A stretch of DNA of 40,000 nucleotides from Phycisphaerae bacterium (GTDB lineage Bacteria; Planctomycetota; Phycisphaerae; Phycisphaerales; Phycisphaeraceae), in the NCBI GenBank assembly GCA_030426385.1, contig JAUHYI010000028.1:10032-50031 (forward strand), written 5' to 3'. The notes under the pieces were generated by a model. It worked only from the letters and a program-made list of their open reading frames with translations, did no database searches and was not told where the DNA came from. The position numbers and the translations under genes are program-made. Below, piece by piece: positions 9,078 through 17,299 of this stretch. How positions within the stretch are numbered: position 1 is the stretch's first letter; every line of letters begins with the position of its first letter.

Positions 9078-9638
9078 TTACGAACCAACCCGGCCCAGGT
9101 ATTCGCCGGTGTCCGTCGACACACGCACGACTTCGCCATTGGCAATGAACGGTGGGACGCGCGTCTTCAATCCGGTTTCGCAAACCGCTTCTTTCAATTG
9201 GTTCGTCGCGGTCGCGCCTTTGATCCCCGGCGGGGTATCGGTCACTTCCAGTTCCACCGACGCAGGCAATTCGATGCTGATCACTTTGCCGTCGTAGACC
9301 AGTCCCACCAATGCCGTGTTCGGCTTCAGGTAGTTCAGGGCATCGCCGAGAATGTCCGACGGAATCGTGGACTGTTCGTAGGTTTCGGTATCCATGAAAA
9401 CTGCGCCCGAACCATCGGAATACAGATATTCCATTTCCCGTTTGTCGAGGTTCACGCCTTCGACGTCTTCGGTACTGCGGAATCGCTTGTCGATGTTGGC
9501 ACCGGTCATCGCATTTTTCATTTTGATCTGCGAATAGGCTGGCCCTTTGCCCGGCTTGACCTGTTCGATGTTGGTCACAATCCAGACCTGTCCATCAATA
9601 TCAACAGCATTACCGGTTTTCAATTCACTGGCTTTCAC
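9078..9638 (-). CDS. efp: Elongation factor P
   Basis: 186-aa translation MKASELKTGNAVDIDGQVWIVTNIEQVKPGKGPAYSQIKMKN... with the conserved KPGKG loop and an EF-P domain II/III pattern. Confidence 0.95.
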   Translation of the reverse strand: MKASELKTGNAVDIDGQVWIVTNIEQVKPGKGPAYSQIKMKNAMTGANIDKRFRSTEDVEGVNLDKREMEYLYSDGSGAVFMDTETYEQSTIPSDILGDALNYLKPNTALVGLVYDGKVISIELPASVELEVTDTPPGIKGATATNQLKEAVCETGLKTRVPPFIANGEVVRVSTDTGEYLGRVGS

Positions 9639-9707
9639 GGGTGGGCTCCATTGGAAAAATTCAAGGTGGCGGGCAAGGCACGCAATACGCCCTGCGAGCC
9701 ACGTATT

Positions 9708-10718
9708 CTAGCTGTTTTTCTCCGTCACGGGTAGGGCCGTCCCTTCAGTGTCTACAGCAACCTCACAGGCCGCTCCACCATCATTATCCGCTTCGGTGAT
9801 CAGGATTTCCTGGCCGGTGAATCCAAACGTCTCACGCAAATCGTCAGCCACCTGTTCGGCTTGTGTCTGATCGGCCACCACCGCATACAGGCTCGGTCCC
9901 CACGAACTTTGCCCCACGCCCGCCACGCCACCATCGCGCAGGTGCGTCACGATTTTTTCCAACAACGGATCGGCATAGATACCGCCTTGCGAGGCCGCGA
10001 AACATTGCCCGACCAATTGTTGCATGGTGAATAGCGCTTCGCCGAACGCATCGATGTCGTGTTCGATCACCGCCGGGGCCAAACCGAGCAACACCAGTCG
10101 GCACAGTTCTGCCGTCGTGTCACGCGGGATGGTGATGACCGTATCAAACGCGGCCTGTTCACGCTCGCCGCATAAACCTTCGAGTTGGTGCGGCCGAATC
10201 AAGACCACTCGCCATGCCTCGGGAAAATCCAACCGCAACAACATCGGCGACAAATCCGCACGATCGCGTTTGCCACCCTCGACAATGAACCCACCATGAA
10301 TAAAACCGTGCGCTCCAATCGCTGAGCGTTGCCCGCGTCCGACCAGATGCGCCAGTTTTGCCAGGGACATATCGGGAATGTCCAGCAATTTCGCCAACCC
10401 ACGCGCGACGGCCAATCCCAATTGCGTGCCCGTGCCCAACCCCGTGTGCGGCCGCGGTATTCGCAAGACCTGCACATGCACGCCATTCAAATCACGACCG
10501 ATGCCGCGTTCAGCAGCCTTTTCCAGAAAACGTTGGGCAAACGCGACCGCTCGATCATTCATACGCCCCTCGCCGGTGAATGCATCCGATGCGCTGAGGC
10601 GCACGATCGTGTCGGGTCGACGAATCATCAATCCGACACCACCAAATTGTCGCGGCTGGGCACGATCAAATGCCAGCAAACCAAAATGCAATCGGCTGGG
10701 GGTGCGGACCTCAATCAT
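9708..10718 (-). CDS. mptG: Beta-ribofuranosylaminobenzene 5'-phosphate (beta-RFAP) synthase, H4MPT biosynthesis
   Basis: GHMP-kinase-fold protein with SRLHFGL, GG.G, PRPHTGLGTGTQLGLAVA and RS.IG..GF..GGFIVEGG motifs typical of MptG. Confidence 0.8.
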   Translation of the reverse strand: MIEVRTPSRLHFGLLAFDRAQPRQFGGVGLMIRRPDTIVRLSASDAFTGEGRMNDRAVAFAQRFLEKAAERGIGRDLNGVHVQVLRIPRPHTGLGTGTQLGLAVARGLAKLLDIPDMSLAKLAHLVGRGQRSAIGAHGFIHGGFIVEGGKRDRADLSPMLLRLDFPEAWRVVLIRPHQLEGLCGEREQAAFDTVITIPRDTTAELCRLVLLGLAPAVIEHDIDAFGEALFTMQQLVGQCFAASQGGIYADPLLEKIVTHLRDGGVAGVGQSSWGPSLYAVVADQTQAEQVADDLRETFGFTGQEILITEADNDGGAACEVAVDTEGTALPVTEKNS

Positions 10719-11311
10719 GATGCGTGCTCGTCATAGTCATATCGTTCCACATAATCACGCAGTTCCTGCATCGCCTGGTGTTCGGGATCACTGCCGGTTT
10801 TATCCACCATGATCTGTAGTGATTTATACGTCGCCAACACGTGGGATTTCCCGGTCAGGTGTAAACGCGTGGCCAGGATCGCCGCTTCGATCACCGCATG
10901 TCGCGCCCGATGAAACCCGAAAAAATCACGCAACGTCTGACGGTCCACCGTGCGCATCACGATATGCGTGCGCTCCTGCGAATCGTCCAGCGTTTCCACC
11001 TGCAATTCATAATAACGACACGCCTCTGTCAAAACGACCCCTGCCACATGAGCCGCAGGTTTTACCGGGATATCCGCCGGATTAATCGTTCCAATCGCAC
11101 CACGGGCGATCAGCAACGCATCATCGGTGACATGGAACACACCCACGCCGGTGGCTTTGATATTCCGATAGGTCGTCGATGACTGAAACGGCCTGAATTC
11201 AAAACGATCAAAGCCCGGTTCCACCATCGGGCCCATCGGCGCGATATTGGTCTGACCCTCGGAACTGACCGTGCTCATGATGCCTTCTAAAATGACGGTG
11301 TGTTTTGACAT
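10715..11311 (-). CDS. DUF447-family protein (flavin-reductase-like fold) associated with H4MPT clusters
   Basis: The translation (NIAPMG....F.PF..S.TY.N....G.GVFH.TDD) matches the pattern of DUF447 proteins found in H4MPT-linked C1 clusters. 4-nt overlap with mptG. Confidence 0.65.
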   Translation of the reverse strand: MSKHTVILEGIMSTVSSEGQTNIAPMGPMVEPGFDRFEFRPFQSSTTYRNIKATGVGVFHVTDDALLIARGAIGTINPADIPVKPAAHVAGVVLTEACRYYELQVETLDDSQERTHIVMRTVDRQTLRDFFGFHRARHAVIEAAILATRLHLTGKSHVLATYKSLQIMVDKTGSDPEHQAMQELRDYVERYDYDEHAS

Positions 11312-11335
11312 ATGTTATTTAGCCGCGGATACACA

Positions 11336-11386
11336 CCAATGAACGCCAATGTTTGTTTTTAATTCGCGTTTGTTGGTGTTCATTGG
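11336..11386 (-). other. 14-bp-stem hairpin spanning the stop codon of the DHPS-like gene
   Basis: CCAATGAACGCCAA (11336-11349) pairs with TTGGTGTTCATTGG (11373-11386) with one G-T pair and a 23-nt loop. There is no U-tract, so it is not a classical terminator. Confidence 0.35.
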
Positions 11387-12813
11387 CGGCGGCGTTTCTC
11401 CTGTTTGCGACGTTCGTGATGACTGATTTCATCGCGCGTCAGATGGCCAAATCGTAACGATTCATCCTGCGCATAGTTTTTATCCAGCGTCAGGGCGGTC
11501 ATCGCCTTGGCCATTTCATAGCCCAGATAAAACGCATGCGAGGGGTCCTCGATTTTTAACTGATCGAACAGCGGGAACGGATCGTCGCCTTGCACATACA
11601 CCCCGCGCGTCATCGCGTGGATCATGCCGCGCTCGGCAAACAGGCGCACGTTGGGATCGGTCAGTTGCGAAGCCAATTCCTGTAACGCATCATCGCCCAG
11701 TTCGCGTAATTTTTCATCGCGCATGATGACCAGACGATCGTCCAGATGTTTTGGTGGCGTCTGGTATTTCACCGCATGGTGCATCAGTCGCCGTGCGATG
11801 TCGATTTCACGCACACTCGAACGGGCCCAGCCGATGACCTGCGTGGTGAGCACGCTGGCGATGTTCAGTTCTTCGCAAAAACCAATCAATAGCGTGTTGA
11901 CGCCTGCCGAATCAACTTGCGTCATTTCCGAAAGATTGCCGATACCCATCATCATCGCGGCCTTGGGATATTTTTCGCGCACCGCCAGATATCGTCCCAA
12001 CGATTGGGCGAATCCGAATCCAATCGGCTCAATGATCGGATCGATGCGAAACGCGATGCCGTCCTTGGTCAGTTGGTCAATCGTGCGATCGAGACTCTCC
12101 AAATCATTGGGCGTGTCAGGAATGACAACGACCTCGAAATCATCGGGATTTCCCCATGTTTTCGCTTGTGCCGCATTGCTGGAATTAGCACTTAAAACCA
12201 GTTCGGCACCGGCAGCAATGCCCGCAATGATTTCCTCATCATGAAAACTATCGATCGACACGCGAAAGCCATCGTCGCGCAACAGGCGAACCACATCCGA
12301 CAGTCCCGGCCATGCGTCGCGCTGCGAATCCATGGGCAATGGATCGCAGCCGATGTCGATGATGTCCGCACCGTCAGCACGATAGGCGCGGGCCATGGTC
12401 AGAATTTCATCGTGGGATAGTCGCGGAGCGTGATTGATTTCCGCAATGATTTCCAACGTGTGCGTGCCATAGTCGGCAAGGTGGGCGGGGCGTTGGCCAA
12501 ACATTTTTGGCAGGTCATGCACATGACTGGGGCCGCGTTCGAACGGGATGTTGAACTGCGCGGTCAGCGGTGCCAGATCACCACGACAGTAGCCGGGCAG
12601 GATCACCCGACTGAACAGCATGCCATCGTGTGATTCGGGAATGACTAATTTTTTGGCGACCCATTCGGTGGTCAATAGCGCGGCGACCTGAATGGGTAGC
12701 ACGACGACCTGCGTATTGACCGAAGGCGTCTGATTGATTTCGGTAGCAATTCGGCGCAGCGATGGCTCCGCCAGTTTGCCCGTCAACAACAAAACCTGTT
12801 CAACATCTGGCAT
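11380..12813 (-). CDS. Dihydropteroate synthase-like pterin-binding protein (H4MPT biosynthesis type)
   Basis: 477-aa protein with a DHPS-like TIM-barrel core (ADGADIIDIGCDP, SIDSF, MMMGIGNLSE) plus N- and C-terminal extensions, as in the long DHPS-related proteins of H4MPT clusters. Confidence 0.75.
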   Translation of the reverse strand: MPDVEQVLLLTGKLAEPSLRRIATEINQTPSVNTQVVVLPIQVAALLTTEWVAKKLVIPESHDGMLFSRVILPGYCRGDLAPLTAQFNIPFERGPSHVHDLPKMFGQRPAHLADYGTHTLEIIAEINHAPRLSHDEILTMARAYRADGADIIDIGCDPLPMDSQRDAWPGLSDVVRLLRDDGFRVSIDSFHDEEIIAGIAAGAELVLSANSSNAAQAKTWGNPDDFEVVVIPDTPNDLESLDRTIDQLTKDGIAFRIDPIIEPIGFGFAQSLGRYLAVREKYPKAAMMMGIGNLSEMTQVDSAGVNTLLIGFCEELNIASVLTTQVIGWARSSVREIDIARRLMHHAVKYQTPPKHLDDRLVIMRDEKLRELGDDALQELASQLTDPNVRLFAERGMIHAMTRGVYVQGDDPFPLFDQLKIEDPSHAFYLGYEMAKAMTALTLDKNYAQDESLRFGHLTRDEISHHERRKQEKRRRQ

Positions 12814-12819
12814 CGCAGA

Positions 12820-13194
12820 TTACCGGGTCCATTTTTTCTTCATCAGGGCTTCGTATCCCTCGAACGGCGTATCGTCGTCAGGGGTGGGATGCCACAGCAA
12901 CAGGTCCTGCATTTTTTTCGCCAGGGCAAAATCCAGGTCGGTGATACCGTCCGCCGAATGGGTGGCCAGTTTGACGGTGAAGTGGCCGTAGGACACGTTG
13001 AGGTCGGGATGGTGGCAGGCGGCCTCCGCGAGATAGCCCAGGGCATTGACGCACATCAGGGTGTGCTGCCAGCCGCCGGTTTTGAATTTTCGGCGAATCC
13101 ATTGGCCATCGTATTCCCAGTCGGGCAATTCGTCAGCCAGACGTTGCTTGATGGCATCGTCGTTCAGGGCGGTAGGTTGGGTGGGTTTGGACAT
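12820..13194 (-). CDS. Pterin-4a-carbinolamine dehydratase (PCD/DCoH family)
   Basis: The 124-aa form MSKPTQPTALNDDAIKQRLADELPDWEYDG..W has AACHHPDL.VSYG.FTVKL.THS..GIT..D, typical of PCD. The upstream part of the 263-aa track ORF is R/H-rich shadow sequence. Confidence 0.8.
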   Translation of the reverse strand: MSKPTQPTALNDDAIKQRLADELPDWEYDGQWIRRKFKTGGWQHTLMCVNALGYLAEAACHHPDLNVSYGHFTVKLATHSADGITDLDFALAKKMQDLLLWHPTPDDDTPFEGYEALMKKKWTR

Positions 13195-13272
13195 GGTGTT
13201 TTCCTTGTTTGAGTAGGTCATTGTAAACCGAGCCACCGGGCTTGTCGGGTTTGCATTACAATTTGCGGTTCC

Positions 13273-14277
13273 ATGCTTGTGAATCAGGTCATTATCGAGG
13301 ATACGTTTGCCGAGGCATTTCGGATGTGGGCCAGCCGTCTGGTTGTGACGGCGATTGACCGCACCTGGTTGGATTTTGCCGTGCGCGAGGTGACGGGGTA
13401 CGGAACGAGCGTGATCGGTTGCGATGCCGAGGCAGGTGTGGAACGGTATCTGGATGAAAGCCAAACGCCGGACGGCCGAGTGGGGGCGTCGGTGATGTTT
13501 TATGCGTTCAATGCCAAAGCGCTGCAAAAATCGATTCCGAATCGGGCCGGGCAATGCGTGATGACCTGTCCGACGACAGCGGTGTACGACGGCATGCCCG
13601 AGGCCGGACAAGACCCGGATGATGAGGATTCAGCACGATTGGATCTGGGCAAACACATTCGGCGGTTCGGTGACGGGAATCAGAAAAGCAAAGTGTTGAA
13701 TGGCCGACGATTTTGGCGCGTGCCGGTGATGGATGGGGAGTTTGTGATTGAGGAATCATGCGGCGCAGTCAAAGCGATCGGCGGCGGAAATTTTCTGGTG
13801 ACCGGGCGGGGTCAACGCGCGACATTGGACGCAACACGACACGCGGTCGAAGCCATCGCGGCCGACGTGGTTGCGAATAACGGATCGGAAAGCGAAGGGA
13901 AAAATGTGGTGGGGAATGTGGGGGGAAATGTGGGGGGGGGTGGGGGGGTTGTGATGCCGTTTCCGGGGGGGGTGGTGCGTAGCGGGTCGAAGGTGGGTTC
14001 GATTTATAAAGCGCTGTTTGCGTCGACCAATGATGCGTTTTGTCCGACGGTGCGTTCGAAAACGAAGACGCAGTTACATAGCGGAGCGACGTGCTGTTAT
14101 GAAATTGTGATCAATGGCTTGAATGCGGAGGCGATCAGTCGTGCGATGCGGGTGGGCATTGAAACAGTTTGCGAAGCCGGGCCGGAACAAGTGGTGGCCG
14201 TCAGTGCGGGCAACTATGGCGGGAACCTCGGGAAGTTTCATTTCAAATTGCATGAGGTGATGGGCAAACAATCATGA
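13273..14277 (+). CDS. fhcD: Formylmethanofuran--tetrahydromethanopterin N-formyltransferase (Ftr / FhcD)
   Basis: IEDTFAEAF.MW.SR...TA, GYGTSVIGCDAEAG, PFPGGVVRSGSKVGS.YK...ASTN and EIVINGL motifs of Ftr. It carries an in-frame G-run repeat insertion (GKNVVGNVGGNVGGGGG). Confidence 0.9.
   Translation: MLVNQVIIEDTFAEAFRMWASRLVVTAIDRTWLDFAVREVTGYGTSVIGCDAEAGVERYLDESQTPDGRVGASVMFYAFNAKALQKSIPNRAGQCVMTCPTTAVYDGMPEAGQDPDDEDSARLDLGKHIRRFGDGNQKSKVLNGRRFWRVPVMDGEFVIEESCGAVKAIGGGNFLVTGRGQRATLDATRHAVEAIAADVVANNGSESEGKNVVGNVGGNVGGGGGVVMPFPGGVVRSGSKVGSIYKALFASTNDAFCPTVRSKTKTQLHSGATCCYEIVINGLNAEAISRAMRVGIETVCEAGPEQVVAVSAGNYGGNLGKFHFKLHEVMGKQS
13897..13948 (+). repeat. G-run 12-nt repeat block inside fhcD (in frame)
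   Basis: gggaaaaatgtg gtggggaatgtg gggggaaatgtg ggggggggtggggggg; encodes GKNVVGNVGGNVGGGGG. Confidence 0.85.
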
Positions 14278-15065
14278 GTGATCGCGGTGGTTACATTCTG
14301 ACATGGAAAGACACCAACAAGGTGGGGTTGTCGGATGGGACGATGCTGCGCCCGGATGTGTTGGGCGGTTTGTCGCGTGAGGCGTTGGGCGCGTTTGAAT
14401 TACCGGTGGGCCGCGAGCGGGTGGCGTTGTCGAAACTGTTTGAAATCGAGGGAGAGCATGGTGATAACGAGGGGTGTTTGACATTGCGGAATTTGCCGCG
14501 GTTGCCACGGGTTGGGGCGCGAATGGCAAGCGGTGAACTGGTGATTGAGGGTGATGCGGGCGATGGGTTGGGCGCATCGATGCGGGGTGGGGTGATTCGG
14601 GTGACGGGTCGTGTTGGCGATGAAGTGGGTGGCCCTGATTTTGGATCAGATCGGGGGATGGTGGGTGGCGAAATTTTTGTGGCCGGTGATGCGGGTGAGC
14701 GTGTGGGCTATCGGCAGCGCGGCGGTTTGATCGCAGTGGGTGGTTGTGCGGGGAAACTGGCGGGGTACCGCATGTTGGCGGGGACGATTGTGCTCAAACG
14801 CGGACCGTATGAATGCGTGGGTTTGGAATCACGGCGTGGGACGATGGTGTTGCTGGATGCGGATAGTCCGGTGGCGATGAACGCGACGATGACGATTGAG
14901 GGTGAGTTCGCCGCGTCGGAAATGGTGGCCGTGGGTTTGTTGATGCGACATTTAGGCGCGACGAGTGAACAGTTTGTTGGCGTGGTTCGTCCGGATACGA
15001 AAATACGATTGCTGAGTTTGGACCAATTTGAAATCAGGAAAGCGGAACTATGGCAGGTGTGTTGA
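14274..15065 (+). CDS. fhcC: Formylmethanofuran dehydrogenase subunit C homologue (FhcC)
   Basis: Glycine-rich beta-helix repeats (GDAGDGLGASMRGGVIRVTGRVGDEVGG, GGEIFVAGDAGERVGYRQRGGLIAVGG.AG). ATGA start/stop overlap with fhcD. Confidence 0.85.
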   Translation: MSDRGGYILTWKDTNKVGLSDGTMLRPDVLGGLSREALGAFELPVGRERVALSKLFEIEGEHGDNEGCLTLRNLPRLPRVGARMASGELVIEGDAGDGLGASMRGGVIRVTGRVGDEVGGPDFGSDRGMVGGEIFVAGDAGERVGYRQRGGLIAVGGCAGKLAGYRMLAGTIVLKRGPYECVGLESRRGTMVLLDADSPVAMNATMTIEGEFAASEMVAVGLLMRHLGATSEQFVGVVRPDTKIRLLSLDQFEIRKAELWQVC

Positions 15066-16003
15066 GTTTGAATGATCGTGCGTTGGCGGTGTGGCGTGAT
15101 GCGGCGGTGCGCGGTGCGGAATTGAACGTGTCGAGCCGATCGGTGATGGGTGCGCAGGTGATCGACGCGGGGGTGGATCAGTTGGGCAGTCTGGAAATTG
15201 GTTTGTTGTTGGCGCGAATCTGCCTGGCCGATTTAGCACAGGTGTCGCTGGTGCCTGGGCGCGTGGGTGGGGTTATGGTTCCGACGGTGGCGGTGAATGT
15301 GTTGCAGCCGGTGGCGGCGTGCATGGCCAGTCAGTATGCGGGTTGGCAGATCGCAGTGGATCAATATTTTGCGATGGGGTCGGGGCCGATCCGTGCGTTG
15401 TATGGCAAGGAAGCGTTGTTTGACGATATTGGTTTTCGAGAGAAACCGAAGGTGGGCGTGGGTGTTTTGGAAACATCGCAATTGCCGGATGAGGGGGTGG
15501 TCGCGCACATTGCCGGTAAATGCGGATTAGCGCCGGAACGATTGACATTGTTATGTGCGCGCACGGCAAGCATGGCCGGTGGGGTGCAGGTGGTGGCCCG
15601 CAGCGTGGAAACGGCGATGCATAAATTGCATGAGTTGAAATTTGATCTGTCGCGGGTGGTGGCGGGTTATGGTGTGGCACCGGTTCCGCCAGTGGCGAAA
15701 AACGATATGAAAGCGATCGGGCGGACCAATGATGCGGTGTTGTACGGGGGCGAGGTGACGCTGTTCGTGACCGGCGATGACGCATCGATTGCGGACGTGG
15801 GCAAGCAATTGCCATCGTCGAGTTCGTCGGATTATGGTCGGCCGTTCGCGGAAATTTTTAAGCGGTACGATCACGATTTTTACAAGATCGATGCGATGTT
15901 GTTTTCGCCTGCGGTGGTGAGTCTGCAGAATGTGGAGACGGGCGTGACGCAGACGTTTGGTGCGGTGGATCATGGGGTTCTGGGCGAATCGTTTTTTGGA
16001 TAG
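15050..16003 (+). CDS. mch: Methenyltetrahydromethanopterin cyclohydrolase
   Basis: 317-aa translation with the Mch pattern (SLN.RA..........L.V....G..VID.G, ACMASQYAGW.I....YFAMGSGP.RAL, TND...YGG.V.L). 16-nt overlap with fhcC. Confidence 0.9.
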   Translation: MAGVLSLNDRALAVWRDAAVRGAELNVSSRSVMGAQVIDAGVDQLGSLEIGLLLARICLADLAQVSLVPGRVGGVMVPTVAVNVLQPVAACMASQYAGWQIAVDQYFAMGSGPIRALYGKEALFDDIGFREKPKVGVGVLETSQLPDEGVVAHIAGKCGLAPERLTLLCARTASMAGGVQVVARSVETAMHKLHELKFDLSRVVAGYGVAPVPPVAKNDMKAIGRTNDAVLYGGEVTLFVTGDDASIADVGKQLPSSSSSDYGRPFAEIFKRYDHDFYKIDAMLFSPAVVSLQNVETGVTQTFGAVDHGVLGESFFG

Positions 16004-16072
16004 GGGGAAGGGGAATAACCACAGAGGCACGGAGGCACAGAGGAAGGCAGGGATGGTTGTCTGGAACTCGTG

Positions 16073-16153
16073 CGTTAGCCGCCGCCTTTATGGCGGCGCG
16101 GGGGTTTGGGGTTTATTGACGATGGCACGCCGCCATAAAGGCGGCGGCTAACG
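16073..16153. repeat. Palindromic double-hairpin element, copy 2 (between mch and the ATP-grasp gene)
   Basis: The left arm at 16073-16098 is identical to copy 1. The right arm at 16128-16153 is its perfect complement. The spacer is divergent. Confidence 0.85.
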
Positions 16154-16213
16154 GGGAATCATGCGAGAAAAATTATTGGAATCTGTATCAGTGTGTGGGT
16201 GGGAGAATTAATT

Positions 16214-17299
16214 ATGAAAACGGTGATCTTGAATTCGACGGGGGAGGGGTGGCATGCGGAGGATTTGGTGCGCGCGTTGGGCGAGGTGGATGAGCAACAA
16301 CGTGGTGGAGCGCATGTGGTTGGGTGGGAAAATGTCGAAGCGAGTGTGGGGGGGCATGCTGATGGGCATGTGAATGGGCGTTCAGACCGAAGCGGGGGTT
16401 GGATGTGGCGAGGAAATGAGGGAGAGAAAACAGTGGGAGAAGTGGTGGGAAAAACGCAGGGAAACGTGGGGAAAAACGTGGGGGGAAGCGCGGGGGAAAA
16501 AGTGGGGGGGGTGGGGGGGGTGGATGCGATTGTGTTGCGAGCGATGGGTAGCGCGTCGTTGGAACAGATTGTGTTTCGGATGGATGTGATGTTGCGATTG
16601 GAATCGCAGGGCGTTTATTTTGTGAATGGTCCGCGATCGATTGAGGCGTCGGTGGATAAATATCGGGCGAGTGGATTGATTGCGGATGCAGGGGTGGCGG
16701 TGCCTGCGACCCGGGTGTGTCAGCGGGTGGATGATGCGATGCGTGCATTTGAGGATTTGGGGGGTGATGTGATCGTGAAGCCGTTGTTCGGGAGCGAGGG
16801 GTTTGGGATGATGCGTGTGAGCGATCGCGGGTTGGCGGCGCGGGCGTTTGCAACGATCGGACAGATTGGCGGGGTGATGTATGTGCAAAAGTTTGTGGAT
16901 CATTTGCATGGCGTGGGCGGTGACTATCGTTTGTTCGTCGTGGGCGATCAGGTGGTGGCGGCGATGCAACGGCGAGGGGTGGGTGGGCCTGACGGTGCGG
17001 AGGCGTGGCGAGCGAATGTGGCGCGCGGGGGGACGGTGGTGGCATGTGCGTTGGATGGTATGAATGCCGCGTGGCAGGCGATGGCGGTGCAGGCGGCGCG
17101 GGCGTGTGGCGCGAATGTGGCGGGTGTGGATGTGCTGGTCGATCGCGATGGGCGAGCGCATGTGATTGAAGTGAATTCGTCGCCGGGGTGGAAAGCGTTG
17201 GCAGGGATAACGGGCGTGGATGTGGCAGGTTGTATTGCGCGGTATATCTGGGATGCGGTGCATGAGCGCAAACACAAGGCGGTCACCGCGCATGCATAA
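16214..17299 (+). CDS. RimK-family ATP-grasp ligase (MptN-like H4MPT/methanofuran glutamate ligase)
   Basis: ATP-grasp motifs (VIVKPLFGSEGFGM, YVQKF, DYRLFVVGD, VDVLVDRDGRAHVIEVNSSPGW). GGAGA RBS before ATG 16214. About 75 aa of N-terminal low-complexity insertion contains G-run repeats. Confidence 0.8.
   Translation: MKTVILNSTGEGWHAEDLVRALGEVDEQQRGGAHVVGWENVEASVGGHADGHVNGRSDRSGGWMWRGNEGEKTVGEVVGKTQGNVGKNVGGSAGEKVGGVGGVDAIVLRAMGSASLEQIVFRMDVMLRLESQGVYFVNGPRSIEASVDKYRASGLIADAGVAVPATRVCQRVDDAMRAFEDLGGDVIVKPLFGSEGFGMMRVSDRGLAARAFATIGQIGGVMYVQKFVDHLHGVGGDYRLFVVGDQVVAAMQRRGVGGPDGAEAWRANVARGGTVVACALDGMNAAWQAMAVQAARACGANVAGVDVLVDRDGRAHVIEVNSSPGWKALAGITGVDVAGCIARYIWDAVHERKHKAVTAHA
16441..16522 (+). 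repeat. G-run repeat block inside the ATP-grasp gene (in frame)
   Basis: ...gggaaacgtggggaaaaacgtggggggaagcgcgggggaaaaagtgggggggggtggggggggtgg; encodes QGNVGKNVGGSAGEKVGGVGGV and ends in two G8 runs. Confidence 0.85.

Noticed and set aside
12820-13611. Full 263-aa version of the PCD ORF
   Set aside because: The N-terminal 139 aa are an R/H/G-rich shadow overlapping the divergent promoter and the 5' end of fhcD. The conserved PCD domain starts at ATG 13194.
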